Assembly: GCA_934096535.1 (NCBI GenBank)
Contig: CAKOMC010000001.1
Location: 1,255-65,254 of the forward strand
Source of the DNA: an uncultured Bacilli bacterium
GTDB taxonomy: Bacteria > Bacillota_I > Bacilli_A > RF39 > UBA660
Length of the DNA: 64,000 bases
Direction of reading: 5' to 3'
In this document: in pieces, positions 12,470 through 22,685 of the stretch
Position numbering within the stretch: position 1 is the stretch's first letter
Layout: every line of letters begins with the position of its first letter
The notes under the pieces: generated by a model
Told to the model about the DNA's origin: nothing
Databases searched by the model: none
Seen by the model: the letters and a program-made list of their open reading frames with translations, nothing else
Made by a program: the position numbers and the translations under genes

Positions 12470-12612
12470 GAATTTTACCTCCCCGCGATTTTCATTTAAT
12501 TTTTTGTTCTATTTACTAAATAATTCTATCTTTTAATTTTAAATTTAAAATTAATCTTCTGCAAACCTGCTAAAAAGCATTTATATTATACTAAATTTAA
12601 ACTCATATATGT

Positions 12613-12646
12613 AAAAATTCATAGATATTTTTGTTTTATCTATGAA
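12613..12646 (-). terminator. palindromic terminator-like element (TTCATAGATA-N9-TATCTATGAA then T-run on the minus strand)
   Basis: The 10-bp perfect inverted repeat, read on the minus strand, is followed by TTTTT. It sits at the 3' end of the P-loop gene. A degenerate direct copy lies at 13921-13951. Confidence 0.5.
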
Positions 12647-13199
12647 CTTTGTCATTGCATATTTCTGCTAAGAGCTTTTTTAAAACCAAATCTCGTTTAT
12701 CACCACAAGAAGTATCTATATATCTATAATTGTATTCTTGACATTCCTTCAAAACAATTTTATTTCTTTCATAAAATCTTTCTACACATTCATCTAGATA
12801 TTTTTCATTAACTTGAGCAATCCAATCTGTTTTCTTAGCATAGTGAATTACATTATATTTAATTTCTTCTTTTGAACAATTAGGATATATTAAGAAATAA
12901 ATATTTTCTTTAGAAAGTTCAGAAATTTTTGCTAAATCATGTGGCAAATAATCATACATATCAATAACAATATTAGTATCTTCGTTCTTTGTTTCCTCTA
13001 ATGATTTATTAACTATAGTTTTAAAAAAGTGGAATTTTAATTCATCAGATAATTCATCAAATTTTATATCTAATCCCTCTTCTAAATATGCTTGTAAATT
13101 ATCCAAGGAAATCCTGCTAAATCCTTTTTTTACCAATTTAAAGGCTAAAGTAGTCTTGCCACTTCTAGCATTGCCTCCTAATATAACTAATTTTCCCAT
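12636..13199 (-). CDS. P-loop NTPase / kinase-like protein (AAA-type ATP-binding)
   Basis: Walker A motif ILGGNARSGKTT near the N-terminus. Size is 187 aa with no other recognisable domain. Confidence 0.55.
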   Translation of the reverse strand: MGKLVILGGNARSGKTTLAFKLVKKGFSRISLDNLQAYLEEGLDIKFDELSDELKFHFFKTIVNKSLEETKNEDTNIVIDMYDYLPHDLAKISELSKENIYFLIYPNCSKEEIKYNVIHYAKKTDWIAQVNEKYLDECVERFYERNKIVLKECQEYNYRYIDTSCGDKRDLVLKKLLAEICNDKVHR

Positions 13200-13888
13200 T
13201 AATTTTTTCTCCTTTTCATATTTTCATCTAAAGTTTTAAAACAATACTTTTCTTCACCAGATTCAATGAAGTAAATAGGGATATTATAATCTTTAAAAGC
13301 TTCAATTATCATTCTTTCATGTTTCTTACTTTTTCTTGCGGCTAGCATATTGTGCATAACATCTTCTTTATTTGGAAAACTTTGAAACCATTGTTTACTT
13401 GCCATTCGCTGTTGCCAAATTTCATCATTTTCTACCATTAAAATATATACATCTATCTCTAAATCGTCTCTATTTGCAAATTTTTCTAAAAAATATTTAA
13501 CAATATCTCCACGACCAGTCCAAATATCATTGTCCTGTCCCTTTATCAAAAGAACATCAGCACTACTTTGCAGAAAATCTAAAGTATCAGTCATAATACA
13601 TGCTCTTCTATTTTTTGCATTATCTCTATTAAAATACTCGTTATCCTCCTGCATTTTACTATCATCATAAATAAAAGCATCAACTATTTTTGGCAAAACC
13701 AACTTATCATCAACTATTGTATTTTGACAAGCAACAATATGTTTATTTTGCAAGTCCAACTCTTCTAAAGCTTTAGCATTACCATTTAAAAGTTTATTTA
13801 TTAAAGTCTTTTTGCCTGTTGCTGATTGTCCGTAAATCCAAATTATCTTTTTCATAAATATAATTCCTTTCTGTTTACATTTTTTCAC
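13199..13888 (-). CDS. P-loop NTPase / kinase-like protein (distant paralog of the preceding gene)
   Basis: Walker A motif IYGQSATGKKT. Size is 229 aa. Its stop overlaps the start of the downstream gene. Confidence 0.5.
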   Translation of the reverse strand: MKKCKQKGIIFMKKIIWIYGQSATGKKTLINKLLNGNAKALEELDLQNKHIVACQNTIVDDKLVLPKIVDAFIYDDSKMQEDNEYFNRDNAKNRRACIMTDTLDFLQSSADVLLIKGQDNDIWTGRGDIVKYFLEKFANRDDLEIDVYILMVENDEIWQQRMASKQWFQSFPNKEDVMHNMLAARKSKKHERMIIEAFKDYNIPIYFIESGEEKYCFKTLDENMKRRKN

Positions 13889-13920
13889 TTAAAAATTCAT
13901 TTAATTATCTTCTGATATAG

Positions 13921-13951
13921 AAAAATTCATGGTTTTTATTTTATCTATGAA
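13921..13951 (-). repeat. degenerate copy of the 12613-12646 palindromic element
   Basis: aaaaattcatggtttttattttatctatgaa aligns with aaaaattcatagatatttttgttttatctatgaa at about 28 of 33 positions, in direct orientation. Confidence 0.45.
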
Positions 13952-14724
13952 TTCTTTTCTATTTTCTTCTGGGCCTTTTCAAAAGGTCTTCTTTGTATTT
14001 TCTTGAAAGTATCACCTATCCAAGTAAAGAATCTAACAATCATACTTATTACTACTAAAATAGCTAAGCCGATAAAGACATATAAAACCATTAAAGCTTG
14101 TTTGTTATAAAGTTCAAAGGAAAAATTAATATTATTAGTTCCTGATACAATATTATCAAACTGCCAAGTTAATGTCTTACCATCTTCACTAACATTTGTA
14201 GCATTATTGCTTAAAGACTTTTGGGGTAAATGCAAAGTAAATTCGTAACTTACCTTTGGTGGTACAACCATATCTGTTAAAGTACTGCTATTATTGGCAA
14301 TGGCATCAGTCAAATTAACATAGAAATCAGCTGTATATTGATTTTTCAATACTTTTTCAGTACGACTAAAAATATAAAGTTCATTTTGAATATCGCTGTA
14401 TAACAAATCATATAAATTAATTTTAATATTATCAGTTTGACTTATGGTATCAATATCTTTGATACTGGCACTAACTTTATAGCCAAAGTTATCTTCATCT
14501 TCATAATCTGTAACGGTATATCCATTATTACGCAAATAATTTATATTTTTACTACTAAACAATTCATTAAAAGTTTTATTGCCTAAATATTCTTTATCTA
14601 AAGTAATTAAATAAGTAATATTCATGCTTTTGTCTTTATTTACTTCCATATTTGTACTTATTGTACTACAACCACATAATATGATTACTAATAATCCTAA
14701 CAACACACTCTTTATTTTTTTCAT
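13945..14724 (-). CDS. lipoprotein with C-terminal transmembrane anchor
   Basis: Signal peptide with lipobox LLVIILCGCST, an extracytoplasmic domain, a C-terminal hydrophobic helix and a basic tail. Confidence 0.55.
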   Translation of the reverse strand: MKKIKSVLLGLLVIILCGCSTISTNMEVNKDKSMNITYLITLDKEYLGNKTFNELFSSKNINYLRNNGYTVTDYEDEDNFGYKVSASIKDIDTISQTDNIKINLYDLLYSDIQNELYIFSRTEKVLKNQYTADFYVNLTDAIANNSSTLTDMVVPPKVSYEFTLHLPQKSLSNNATNVSEDGKTLTWQFDNIVSGTNNINFSFELYNKQALMVLYVFIGLAILVVISMIVRFFTWIGDTFKKIQRRPFEKAQKKIEKNS

Positions 14725-14795
14725 AACTTTCTACTCTTTCTTAATCTTTCTAACTTTTTAGTTTAATCAATAGCTTTAATACATATTTCTTAAAC

Positions 14796-15701
14796 TTATA
14801 TTTTTTTATCTTTTAGTTTTTTTTCTTTAGATAAATCCTTAACTTTAGTTGGTTCAACTTCATTTTCTTTTACAAGCTCATCATCTATCTTTTTATCCTT
14901 TTCAACTCGCAATGTACTTACTTCTAAAGTCTTAGCTTCTAATACTTTATCTTTTACATCTATTACTTTAGTCTTAGCTAACATATCATGAAGTCCAAGA
15001 TGATTTTCATTGGAAACAACACTAACAGCCACAACAATTTGTAAAATATTCATAAATAACGATAAACCACCAGCTACTTTTACTATTAATTCATCTGGTA
15101 TAATATAAGGAATAACAATTTCAATTAAGTAAATAAAATAACCATACGCTACTAAGCTTCTTACTAAATACTTTCCAAAAGTAGCTTCTTCATTATTAAT
15201 AGATACAATCTGTAAACCGGTCATTTTCTTACCTAAAGTTATCCCTTTTGTAATCATATTAAATATAACAAAATACCCAAAATAAACTACTAAATAAACA
15301 ATATATGTATACCAGTTAGCTTTTAGGGTTTCTTTATAGATACTTGGGGCTTTCTCATTATAAATTCTTTTAGCTTCGCTAATTATATAGTTATATTCAT
15401 CTTCACTTATCAAGGAATCATTATAAGCATCAACAATTAGATAGCCAAAATATTCATTATCCTTAATTAAAGCAGCATACTCATCTTCATCTATTACTTT
15501 GTCGTTATAATAAATAGGTAAACTACTTTGAATTAAAGTATTACTCATATTTAAACTTTTTAAAGTATTACTTTTTTCTAAAGCATTATCATAAGTTGGA
15601 TTTAAATATTTAATATTTGTAATTAAAAGGGTAAGTAAAAGTACAATAGTACTATCAATTATATAAGCCAATATTCTTTTATTTAAAATCTTATCAAACA
15701 T
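14796..15701 (-). CDS. RDD-family membrane protein with Lys-rich C-terminal tail
   Basis: The N-terminal KRILAYIIDSTIVLLLT pattern is RDD-like. Multiple transmembrane helices follow. The C-terminus is KEKKLKDKKI. Confidence 0.5.
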   Translation of the reverse strand: MFDKILNKRILAYIIDSTIVLLLTLLITNIKYLNPTYDNALEKSNTLKSLNMSNTLIQSSLPIYYNDKVIDEDEYAALIKDNEYFGYLIVDAYNDSLISEDEYNYIISEAKRIYNEKAPSIYKETLKANWYTYIVYLVVYFGYFVIFNMITKGITLGKKMTGLQIVSINNEEATFGKYLVRSLVAYGYFIYLIEIVIPYIIPDELIVKVAGGLSLFMNILQIVVAVSVVSNENHLGLHDMLAKTKVIDVKDKVLEAKTLEVSTLRVEKDKKIDDELVKENEVEPTKVKDLSKEKKLKDKKI

Positions 15702-15822
15702 ATTTTTTTCTTCTTTCTATAATTTCTTTTCAAGAAATATTATATCATTGTCCATTTTTTAGAACAACTAAAAAAGAAGTCTTTTTTTAAAACTTCTCTA
15801 TAAACCCTTTTTATTCTTTAAT

Positions 15823-16230
15823 TTATTTTCTACTAGCTGTTTTACTTGTTGGAAATTCAATTACATTATCTTCTTGAAGACTTGCAACATAATCTTTAAA
15901 TTCTTTTCCTCTCAAGCTGTATTTTTCTACAATATTAACAATTTCACTTTTAGCAAAAGCTAAGGCATTAAATTGCTTAATACAACTATGTACTTCCTCT
16001 ACAGAACCTCCCTTTCCTAATAATTCAATACATTTTTCAGCAACTACAATAAAAAATTCATAGTAACTATCGCCCTCATAAGCATTTACCTTCTCTTTAT
16101 AATCATCTCGTAACTCTGGTCTTACATATTCAATTGAATTTACTAGTCCATTGTCTCTTAACTTTTTTTCATTTAAAGATTCTTCATAATTCATAATATT
16201 TTTAATTTTTGCCACATTTATATTTTTCAT
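15823..16230 (-). CDS. hypothetical protein (135 aa)
   Basis: ORF only. It may be co-transcribed with the SNF2 helicase. Confidence 0.35.
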   Translation of the reverse strand: MKNINVAKIKNIMNYEESLNEKKLRDNGLVNSIEYVRPELRDDYKEKVNAYEGDSYYEFFIVVAEKCIELLGKGGSVEEVHSCIKQFNALAFAKSEIVNIVEKYSLRGKEFKDYVASLQEDNVIEFPTSKTASRK

Positions 16231-16464
16231 TTTTATTCCCCCTCGTTAGACCAATCTCGTCTTAACGGCTAATAGGTTAACACGAAGTTTGCTTTTTGTC
16301 AAGAAAAAGTTTTCAAGATGTTAATTTTTTTAAGGTAACAAAAAAGAGCCAAATTCTTAGCCTAAAATGCTTTAAATTATGGTTCTTCTTTTTATTTTAT
16401 CCTACCTATTATTAATAGTATTTATCAAAAAATTGCTTTAACTAATTAAAAACTTCTTAATTAT

Positions 16465-19400
16465 TTAGTTACTTTCTTTATCAGTTTCATAGCCAATGCT
16501 TAAAAGATTAGTTAATTCTTCTTCAGTTAAAGTATCAAGAGTCGCTGTATTTTTACCTTCAATCAAATTATCACTTAAAATGCGTTTCTTTTCCTGTAAT
16601 TCAATGATTTTTTCTTCAACTGTTCCTTTATTAATTAATTTTAGAACTGTAACTTTTTTCATTTGACCAATACGATGAGCTCGATCGGTTGCTTGATTTT
16701 CAGCTTGAGGATTCCACCAAACATCTAAGTGAATTACTATATCAGCACTAGTTAAATTAAGTCCAGTGCCTCCTGATTTTAAAGTGATTAGAAAACAATT
16801 TGTTTTATCTTTGTTAAAAGCATCAACTAACATAACTCTATCTTTTCCAGATACGGACCCATCAATTACATAATTAGAAATGCTTTCTTTAGCAAACTCA
16901 TTTCTAACTAATTCTACGGCACTTTTAAACGAACTAAATATTAATATTTTATGATTATCTTTAATTAATTCTTTAACTATTTCTAGTAATCTTTTAATCT
17001 TAACTGATTCTTCAGTATAGTCTTTATCTAAAAGAGCGGGCGAAATACATAACTGTCTTAGTCGGGTTAACAAAGTAACAATTTTAAATCTTGCTTTTGC
17101 GAATCCCTCACTAGAAATAATATTATTTATCTCTTCTTTAGTATCTTCTACCAAACTTTGATACATGGCTTTCTCAGTTTCCGACATATCTAAATACTCA
17201 ATTTGTTCAATTTTATCTGGTAATTCTTTAGAAACTTCCTTTTTCTTTCTTCTTAAAATAAATGGTCTTATTTGGTAATTTAAGTTATCCAAGCGTTTTA
17301 AAGAATCATTATCTACATCTTTAATACCATAAGCTTCTCTAAATCTTACGATGGAATTTAAGTATCCCGGCATAATAAAGTCAAAGATACTCCATAATTC
17401 TAAAACCGAATTTTCCAGTGGAGTTCCGGTTAAGGCAATCTTCGTACGCGCCTTAATTTTTTTAATTTCTTTAGTCATGCCCGCTTGATAATTTTTAATA
17501 GCTTGTGCCTCATCAATAATACAAACTTCAAATTCTTTATTTTCATACTCATCATTATCGTTACGAACTAAACCATAAGTCGTAATAAAGATATTATAAT
17601 CCTCAAAACTTTGCATGATTTCTTGACGCTTTTTCTTATTTTCGGCAACTGCTACATATTTAAGTTCAGGGGCAAACTTTTGAAATTCTTTTTCCCAGTT
17701 ATAAACTAATGATGTTGGCGATACAATTAAAATTTTAGCCTCAGGTTTTTCTTGAAGCAATTTTCTTAAGAAAATAATGGCTTGTAAGGTTTTACCTAAC
17801 CCCATTTCATCAGCTAAAATGCCTCCTAAATCACATTTATAAATTGTATATAACCATTTAACTCCATCTTTTTGATAGTCACGAAGTAATTCTTTTTCTT
17901 CTTTAGTAAAAGTAACACTAGCTTTTTTATAAGCACTAAAATTTTTAATAAATTCATCAAATTTACTATTAGTACTTATCTCTTGATAACGATTATTCTT
18001 TAAACTTTCAATAAAGAAAGCTCTATATTTAGGAATTGTAATATTTTTTTTCTTTAAATCCTTAGAGTCAATATCTAAATCTGTAGTTAAAGCCTCAAAA
18101 TCTTCTAAATCTTGGTTATTAAATAAAGATATAATATCACCACTTTTTAGACGATAATACTTTTTCTTACTTTTAATTGCGGTAAGTAAGGAAGCTACTT
18201 CTTTATTATCAACATTATCAATAGCAAAGTCATACGATAAGATATTATTCTTACCAATGGAGAAATTAGACCTTACTTTCGTATCTTTAAATATTTTCAA
18301 TTTTTTAATTTTTTCTGTCGTAAACACAGTATAATTTTCCGTAAAGTAAGAAAGACCATTATCCAAAAAGTTATAAGTACTATCCATATCTAAAATAACA
18401 AATTTCTTTTTATCTTGAACAAAACCATAATTAATTAAATCATTAACTGCTTTCTTTTCAAATTCATTATCTCTTACAACATCTTTAACATCATCAAAAT
18501 AATTAAACTCTTCGTCCCCATATTTTAACATTACTTTAGCCGTAATACTATCTTCATTTAAATCGAAATATAAATTGATTTTTTTATCTTTAACAATTTT
18601 TATATCCTTAACATTTTCAGCTACTTCTAAAGTATTCATCGTTTTCTTTAAAAGACCATTCTTAAATAATTCTAAGTTTTCCTTGTCAAAAACAATTTCT
18701 TCAATGTCATTTTTAACCAATTTGCGAATTATTTTCATATCTTCTAATTTTAATATATATAAAATATTATTATAGATAATATAATGACATTCATCATCAA
18801 CAATATTAAATTCTGAAAAGTCTTCGACATAAAATTTATACTTATCCTTATTTTGTTCTAAACGATACTGGGTTGGAAAACCATTTGTAATTTTAGTAAT
18901 TAATTGTTCTTTTAAGATGAATGTTTTATTTTGTAGTAATCGTAATAATTCGCTAAATTCACGGCTATTTAGCTTTAATGGCTCATCAATTACTTCATAT
19001 TTATTTATATTAACTTCAGAATAATTAAATAAGTATTCAATAATTTTAGTATTTTCTTCATTAAAGAAATAGTTATCCGGATTATAGGTTAATTTTTTGC
19101 CTAAAACCATATCGTTACTATGGAGATAAGCTTCTCTAAATTCGTTAAATTTATCTCTATTTTTAATGGAATATTTAGTTTTTTGACCAATTTTCAACTT
19201 GACAACATAATTACCAAAAACCATTTGAATTTCTATATCAAGGCCAATTTCTTCTTTAGCTTTATTGGCACTTAGGCTATCTTTACTGACAAATCCGGCT
19301 AAAATGTCTTTCGATTTTTGAAAGGATATTTCTTCCTCGGTAAAAAAGTCATCACGCTTTTTTAAAATACAAGCTAGAACATGTTGACAAATATGATTGC

Positions 19401-19632
19401 ATTTATAATCATCACATGTACAGGTATTAGCGATAATTTTGCCAGTTTCATCAATTTTTATGCCTACTTTAAAACTGCCACTATAAAAAATGTCAATGGC
19501 AAAATCGACACTCTTGAGGCCATTTTTTTCTAATTTTATACTTGTTCGTTTTATGTACCACTCTGGTATTGACATTGCTCGGTAATATAAATAATCACCA
19601 TATTTAGCTCTAATGTTTTCTACAATCCCCAT
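16465..19632 (-). CDS. SNF2-family helicase with N-terminal SWIM zinc finger (YwqA-like)
   Basis: SWIM motif CTCDDYKCNHICQHVLAC. Helicase motifs include GGILADEMGLGKTLQ (motif I), CIIDEAQAIKN (DEAQ box) and helicase-C motifs (SGGTGLNLTSADIVIHLDVWWNPQAENQATDRAHRIGQ). Size is 1055 aa. Confidence 0.85.
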   Translation of the reverse strand: MGIVENIRAKYGDYLYYRAMSIPEWYIKRTSIKLEKNGLKSVDFAIDIFYSGSFKVGIKIDETGKIIANTCTCDDYKCNHICQHVLACILKKRDDFFTEEEISFQKSKDILAGFVSKDSLSANKAKEEIGLDIEIQMVFGNYVVKLKIGQKTKYSIKNRDKFNEFREAYLHSNDMVLGKKLTYNPDNYFFNEENTKIIEYLFNYSEVNINKYEVIDEPLKLNSREFSELLRLLQNKTFILKEQLITKITNGFPTQYRLEQNKDKYKFYVEDFSEFNIVDDECHYIIYNNILYILKLEDMKIIRKLVKNDIEEIVFDKENLELFKNGLLKKTMNTLEVAENVKDIKIVKDKKINLYFDLNEDSITAKVMLKYGDEEFNYFDDVKDVVRDNEFEKKAVNDLINYGFVQDKKKFVILDMDSTYNFLDNGLSYFTENYTVFTTEKIKKLKIFKDTKVRSNFSIGKNNILSYDFAIDNVDNKEVASLLTAIKSKKKYYRLKSGDIISLFNNQDLEDFEALTTDLDIDSKDLKKKNITIPKYRAFFIESLKNNRYQEISTNSKFDEFIKNFSAYKKASVTFTKEEKELLRDYQKDGVKWLYTIYKCDLGGILADEMGLGKTLQAIIFLRKLLQEKPEAKILIVSPTSLVYNWEKEFQKFAPELKYVAVAENKKKRQEIMQSFEDYNIFITTYGLVRNDNDEYENKEFEVCIIDEAQAIKNYQAGMTKEIKKIKARTKIALTGTPLENSVLELWSIFDFIMPGYLNSIVRFREAYGIKDVDNDSLKRLDNLNYQIRPFILRRKKKEVSKELPDKIEQIEYLDMSETEKAMYQSLVEDTKEEINNIISSEGFAKARFKIVTLLTRLRQLCISPALLDKDYTEESVKIKRLLEIVKELIKDNHKILIFSSFKSAVELVRNEFAKESISNYVIDGSVSGKDRVMLVDAFNKDKTNCFLITLKSGGTGLNLTSADIVIHLDVWWNPQAENQATDRAHRIGQMKKVTVLKLINKGTVEEKIIELQEKKRILSDNLIEGKNTATLDTLTEEELTNLLSIGYETDKESN

Positions 19633-19732
19633 AACTGCTCCCCTAACTATTTAAATAGCAAGTCTTTTACTTGACTATCTTTTTTATTTAATTCTCTCAT
19701 TTATATCATTTCTAAATCTAATTTACTCATTT

Positions 19733-20944
19733 TTAAACTACTTGAAACACAAAAAATTTCAAATATTTGGTTTCAGGTATTCCCATTATTTCTGGATGAT
19801 CTGGAGCTGCATAAGCCTTTTTTACTACTCTTAAAGTAACCCCAGCCATAATGCTAGCATTAAATATTGCTTGCGTAAAATCTTCTTCGCTTGCATAATG
19901 TGAACAAGAGGCGGTTGCTAAATAACCACCACGAGGTAGGGACCTCATCGCTAGGTAATTGATTTCTTGATAACCTCGCAGTGCACTTTTAATGGTGTCT
20001 TTTGACTTAGTAAAGGCAGGGGGATCAAGAATAATAAGGTTAAACTCCTTACTTTTACTATCAACTAGTTTTCGTAAGTAATCAAAAAGATCGGCACATT
20101 CAGTTTCAATTTTTAAATTATTTAAAGCAAAATTTTTTCTGGCATCTTCTAAAGCTTTTTCTGAAATATCTAAAGCCACTACTTTTTTGGCGCCACCCAA
20201 AGCGGCATTCATTGCAAATGAGCCAGTATGCGTACAACAATCTAAGACTGTCATGTCTTTAGCCAAATTTCTGATTGTCAAGCGATTATATTTTTGGTCT
20301 AAGAAGAACCCTGTTTTTTGCCCTTCTTTAAAATCAACTAAGTATTTTAAACCATTTTCTTCAATTTCGGTTGTTGTCTTATCTTCTAAAACAGGTACCC
20401 CTTCATACCAACCAACATATTCTTCTAAACCTTCTTTTTCTCTTAAAGCCACATCACATCTTAAATAAATACCTCTAATTTTAAAATACTTACTTACAAC
20501 ATCGTATAAAGCTTTTAAAATAATATCTTTTCTAACATCTATTCCTAAAGATAATATTTGGACAACTAGACAATCGTTAAACTTATCAACAGTTAAACCT
20601 GATAAAAAATCCGCTTCCCCATAAATAAGACGAAAAGCATTTAAATCATTAGGCATAACTTTCATGCGATAATTAAGAGCATACTCTATTCTTCTTTTAA
20701 AGAAATCATAGTCAAAAATATCATTAGCATTCCTACTAATTATTCTTAAAACAATCTTTGAATTATTATTATAAAAAGCACTCCCTAGAAATTTATCTTT
20801 ACTATTTCTAACAACAACAATATCCCCATTTTTTATGGTCTTATCAGCCTTCACAATATCACTAGCAAAAACCCAAGGGTGATTATTTAAAACTTTCTTT
20901 TCTGCTTTTTGATTTATATAAACATTTAATTTTTCCACTGGCAA
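19733..20944 (-). CDS. 23S rRNA m5C methyltransferase RlmI-like (PUA + class I SAM MTase)
   Basis: SAM-binding motif VLDCCTHTGSFAMNAALGGAKKVVALDIS and motif IV ILDPPAF. Size is 403 aa. Confidence 0.75.
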   Translation of the reverse strand: MPVEKLNVYINQKAEKKVLNNHPWVFASDIVKADKTIKNGDIVVVRNSKDKFLGSAFYNNNSKIVLRIISRNANDIFDYDFFKRRIEYALNYRMKVMPNDLNAFRLIYGEADFLSGLTVDKFNDCLVVQILSLGIDVRKDIILKALYDVVSKYFKIRGIYLRCDVALREKEGLEEYVGWYEGVPVLEDKTTTEIEENGLKYLVDFKEGQKTGFFLDQKYNRLTIRNLAKDMTVLDCCTHTGSFAMNAALGGAKKVVALDISEKALEDARKNFALNNLKIETECADLFDYLRKLVDSKSKEFNLIILDPPAFTKSKDTIKSALRGYQEINYLAMRSLPRGGYLATASCSHYASEEDFTQAIFNASIMAGVTLRVVKKAYAAPDHPEIMGIPETKYLKFFVFQVV

Positions 20945-21216
20945 ACACTCTTCCTAATTACTAATTTATCCTAACATAGCAATTGATTTTTCGCAACTAT
21001 ATTAAGTGATTATCTATCAATTTTTGTTAATTTTATTTTTTAGTAATATATTATTTTTTTATTAGCTAAGGTAAATAAAAAATAAAAAAAGAAGTAACTA
21101 TCAAAATCACTTCTCTAAACATATCTTTTAAAAATTCTAAATAATTTAATTACTTATATTTCAAATAATCTAATTTATATTTTTACCTAAGTTTCTTTAA
21201 GCTATTTAACATTATC

Positions 21217-22683
21217 TTAAATAGTTTTCTCTACTTTTTTAAAGATATAGCACATATCATCATGATAAACTAATTCATATTCACTACTTGCTTCTAAATA
21301 ATAATGTAGGGTATGAGAATCCGTAGTAAGTAAATAATCAAAATCATATCTATCAAGTATTTCTTGAGGATTAGTCTTTAAATCTTGTAAATTCATAGTA
21401 TCTGGTAATAAGTCCTTACTAAAGACATCTCCTAGGCCATAGCTAAATATTTTTACTTTATCTAAGGCATTTAACTCATCTAATTTATATAACAAGTAAC
21501 CACCTTGTGAATAGTCATTATATAAGCGTTTGGGTTCTAACTCTATAACCTTAGCAACAGCCTCATCACTATAAAAACCATCATTATCTATAATACCCGT
21601 ATTAGTAAATGACTTTATTTGTTTATACCCAACCAAAGCTGTCCCTAACACTAAAAGACCACAAGTTAAATAATAGATTGGTTTTACAACTTTTTTAAAA
21701 GGTTTCTTTAAATAATCGTACATATCATCAGTAACAAAGAAGTATTTACCAACATTCCAGCAAGAATAAATACCATACATCCCAATAAATCTTTGACTCT
21801 TTAAAGCCATAAATAAGAACATTAATTGAAAACCAATTTCATACATTTTCATATCTTTTTTTTGTACTATTAAATTAAATAAAGGAAAAGCTATCATTAT
21901 AAAGATATATAAACCTAGAAAATTATGAAAACTGGGACTATTCCATTCTAAAATATAACTAGTCATCGAATCATCTAACATATTTGTAAAAGGATATAAT
22001 AACATCTTGGGACCAAAGGGATTCAAACAAGAAGCCAAAATCGTTAAGATAAGTACTATTCCTAAAGTTCTCATCTGTTTTTTATCTAATTTAAAGGTAT
22101 TCCATCTATTAGGTTTAAATTTAAATATTTTAACAAAAATATCACACATGAAAACACCAATTATAAAAAGATAAATCAAACTGCTAGACCCACCATGAAA
22201 ATTAACCCAAAGTATTTGTAAAACAGGTAAAGTATAAATTAGTTTTTGCGCCCATTTTTTATTATCTAAATAACTAAATAAAACATAGACTAAATAGGCT
22301 AGAAAAACAAGACTAATAATATAAGGACGAGGTCCGGTAACTTTAAAGAAGACAGTCATTAAAAGAAAATAACATAATTTAAAATCAAATAATTTTTGCC
22401 ATTTTAATTTTAACATTTTGGCTATCAAGACATATAAGATTAGGAAAATGGCTAACATTATGATTATACAACCCATATCACCAATTTTATACATGATAAA
22501 TTCATTTAACCATTCATGGGCTACCCAAGCTTTACCGCTTGCCCACGAAAACAATTCTTTACTAGGAATAATATGATTATTATTTATCCATTTGCCCACC
22601 ACCACATGCCAAAAATAGTCATTATCCGTAATTGGCTCAAAGGCCATAAAAAGTCCTAGTAATATGCAAATAATAATTCCCAT
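21217..22683 (-). CDS. polytopic membrane protein, putative GT-C-type glycosyltransferase (GtrC-like)
   Basis: More than 10 predicted transmembrane helices over 488 aa. It lies immediately downstream of a GtrB-like GT2 gene, which is the synteny seen in GtrABC-type glycosylation loci. Confidence 0.4.
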   Translation of the reverse strand: MGIIICILLGLFMAFEPITDNDYFWHVVVGKWINNNHIIPSKELFSWASGKAWVAHEWLNEFIMYKIGDMGCIIIMLAIFLILYVLIAKMLKLKWQKLFDFKLCYFLLMTVFFKVTGPRPYIISLVFLAYLVYVLFSYLDNKKWAQKLIYTLPVLQILWVNFHGGSSSLIYLFIIGVFMCDIFVKIFKFKPNRWNTFKLDKKQMRTLGIVLILTILASCLNPFGPKMLLYPFTNMLDDSMTSYILEWNSPSFHNFLGLYIFIMIAFPLFNLIVQKKDMKMYEIGFQLMFLFMALKSQRFIGMYGIYSCWNVGKYFFVTDDMYDYLKKPFKKVVKPIYYLTCGLLVLGTALVGYKQIKSFTNTGIIDNDGFYSDEAVAKVIELEPKRLYNDYSQGGYLLYKLDELNALDKVKIFSYGLGDVFSKDLLPDTMNLQDLKTNPQEILDRYDFDYLLTTDSHTLHYYLEASSEYELVYHDDMCYIFKKVEKTI

Positions 22684-22685
22684 AG

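Noticed and set aside
12470-12635. LexA (Cheo) box GAAC-N4-GTTC upstream of the Y-family polymerase
   Set aside because: No GAAC...GTTC dyad was found in the upstream 170 bp by eye. SOS regulation remains possible but is unsupported here.
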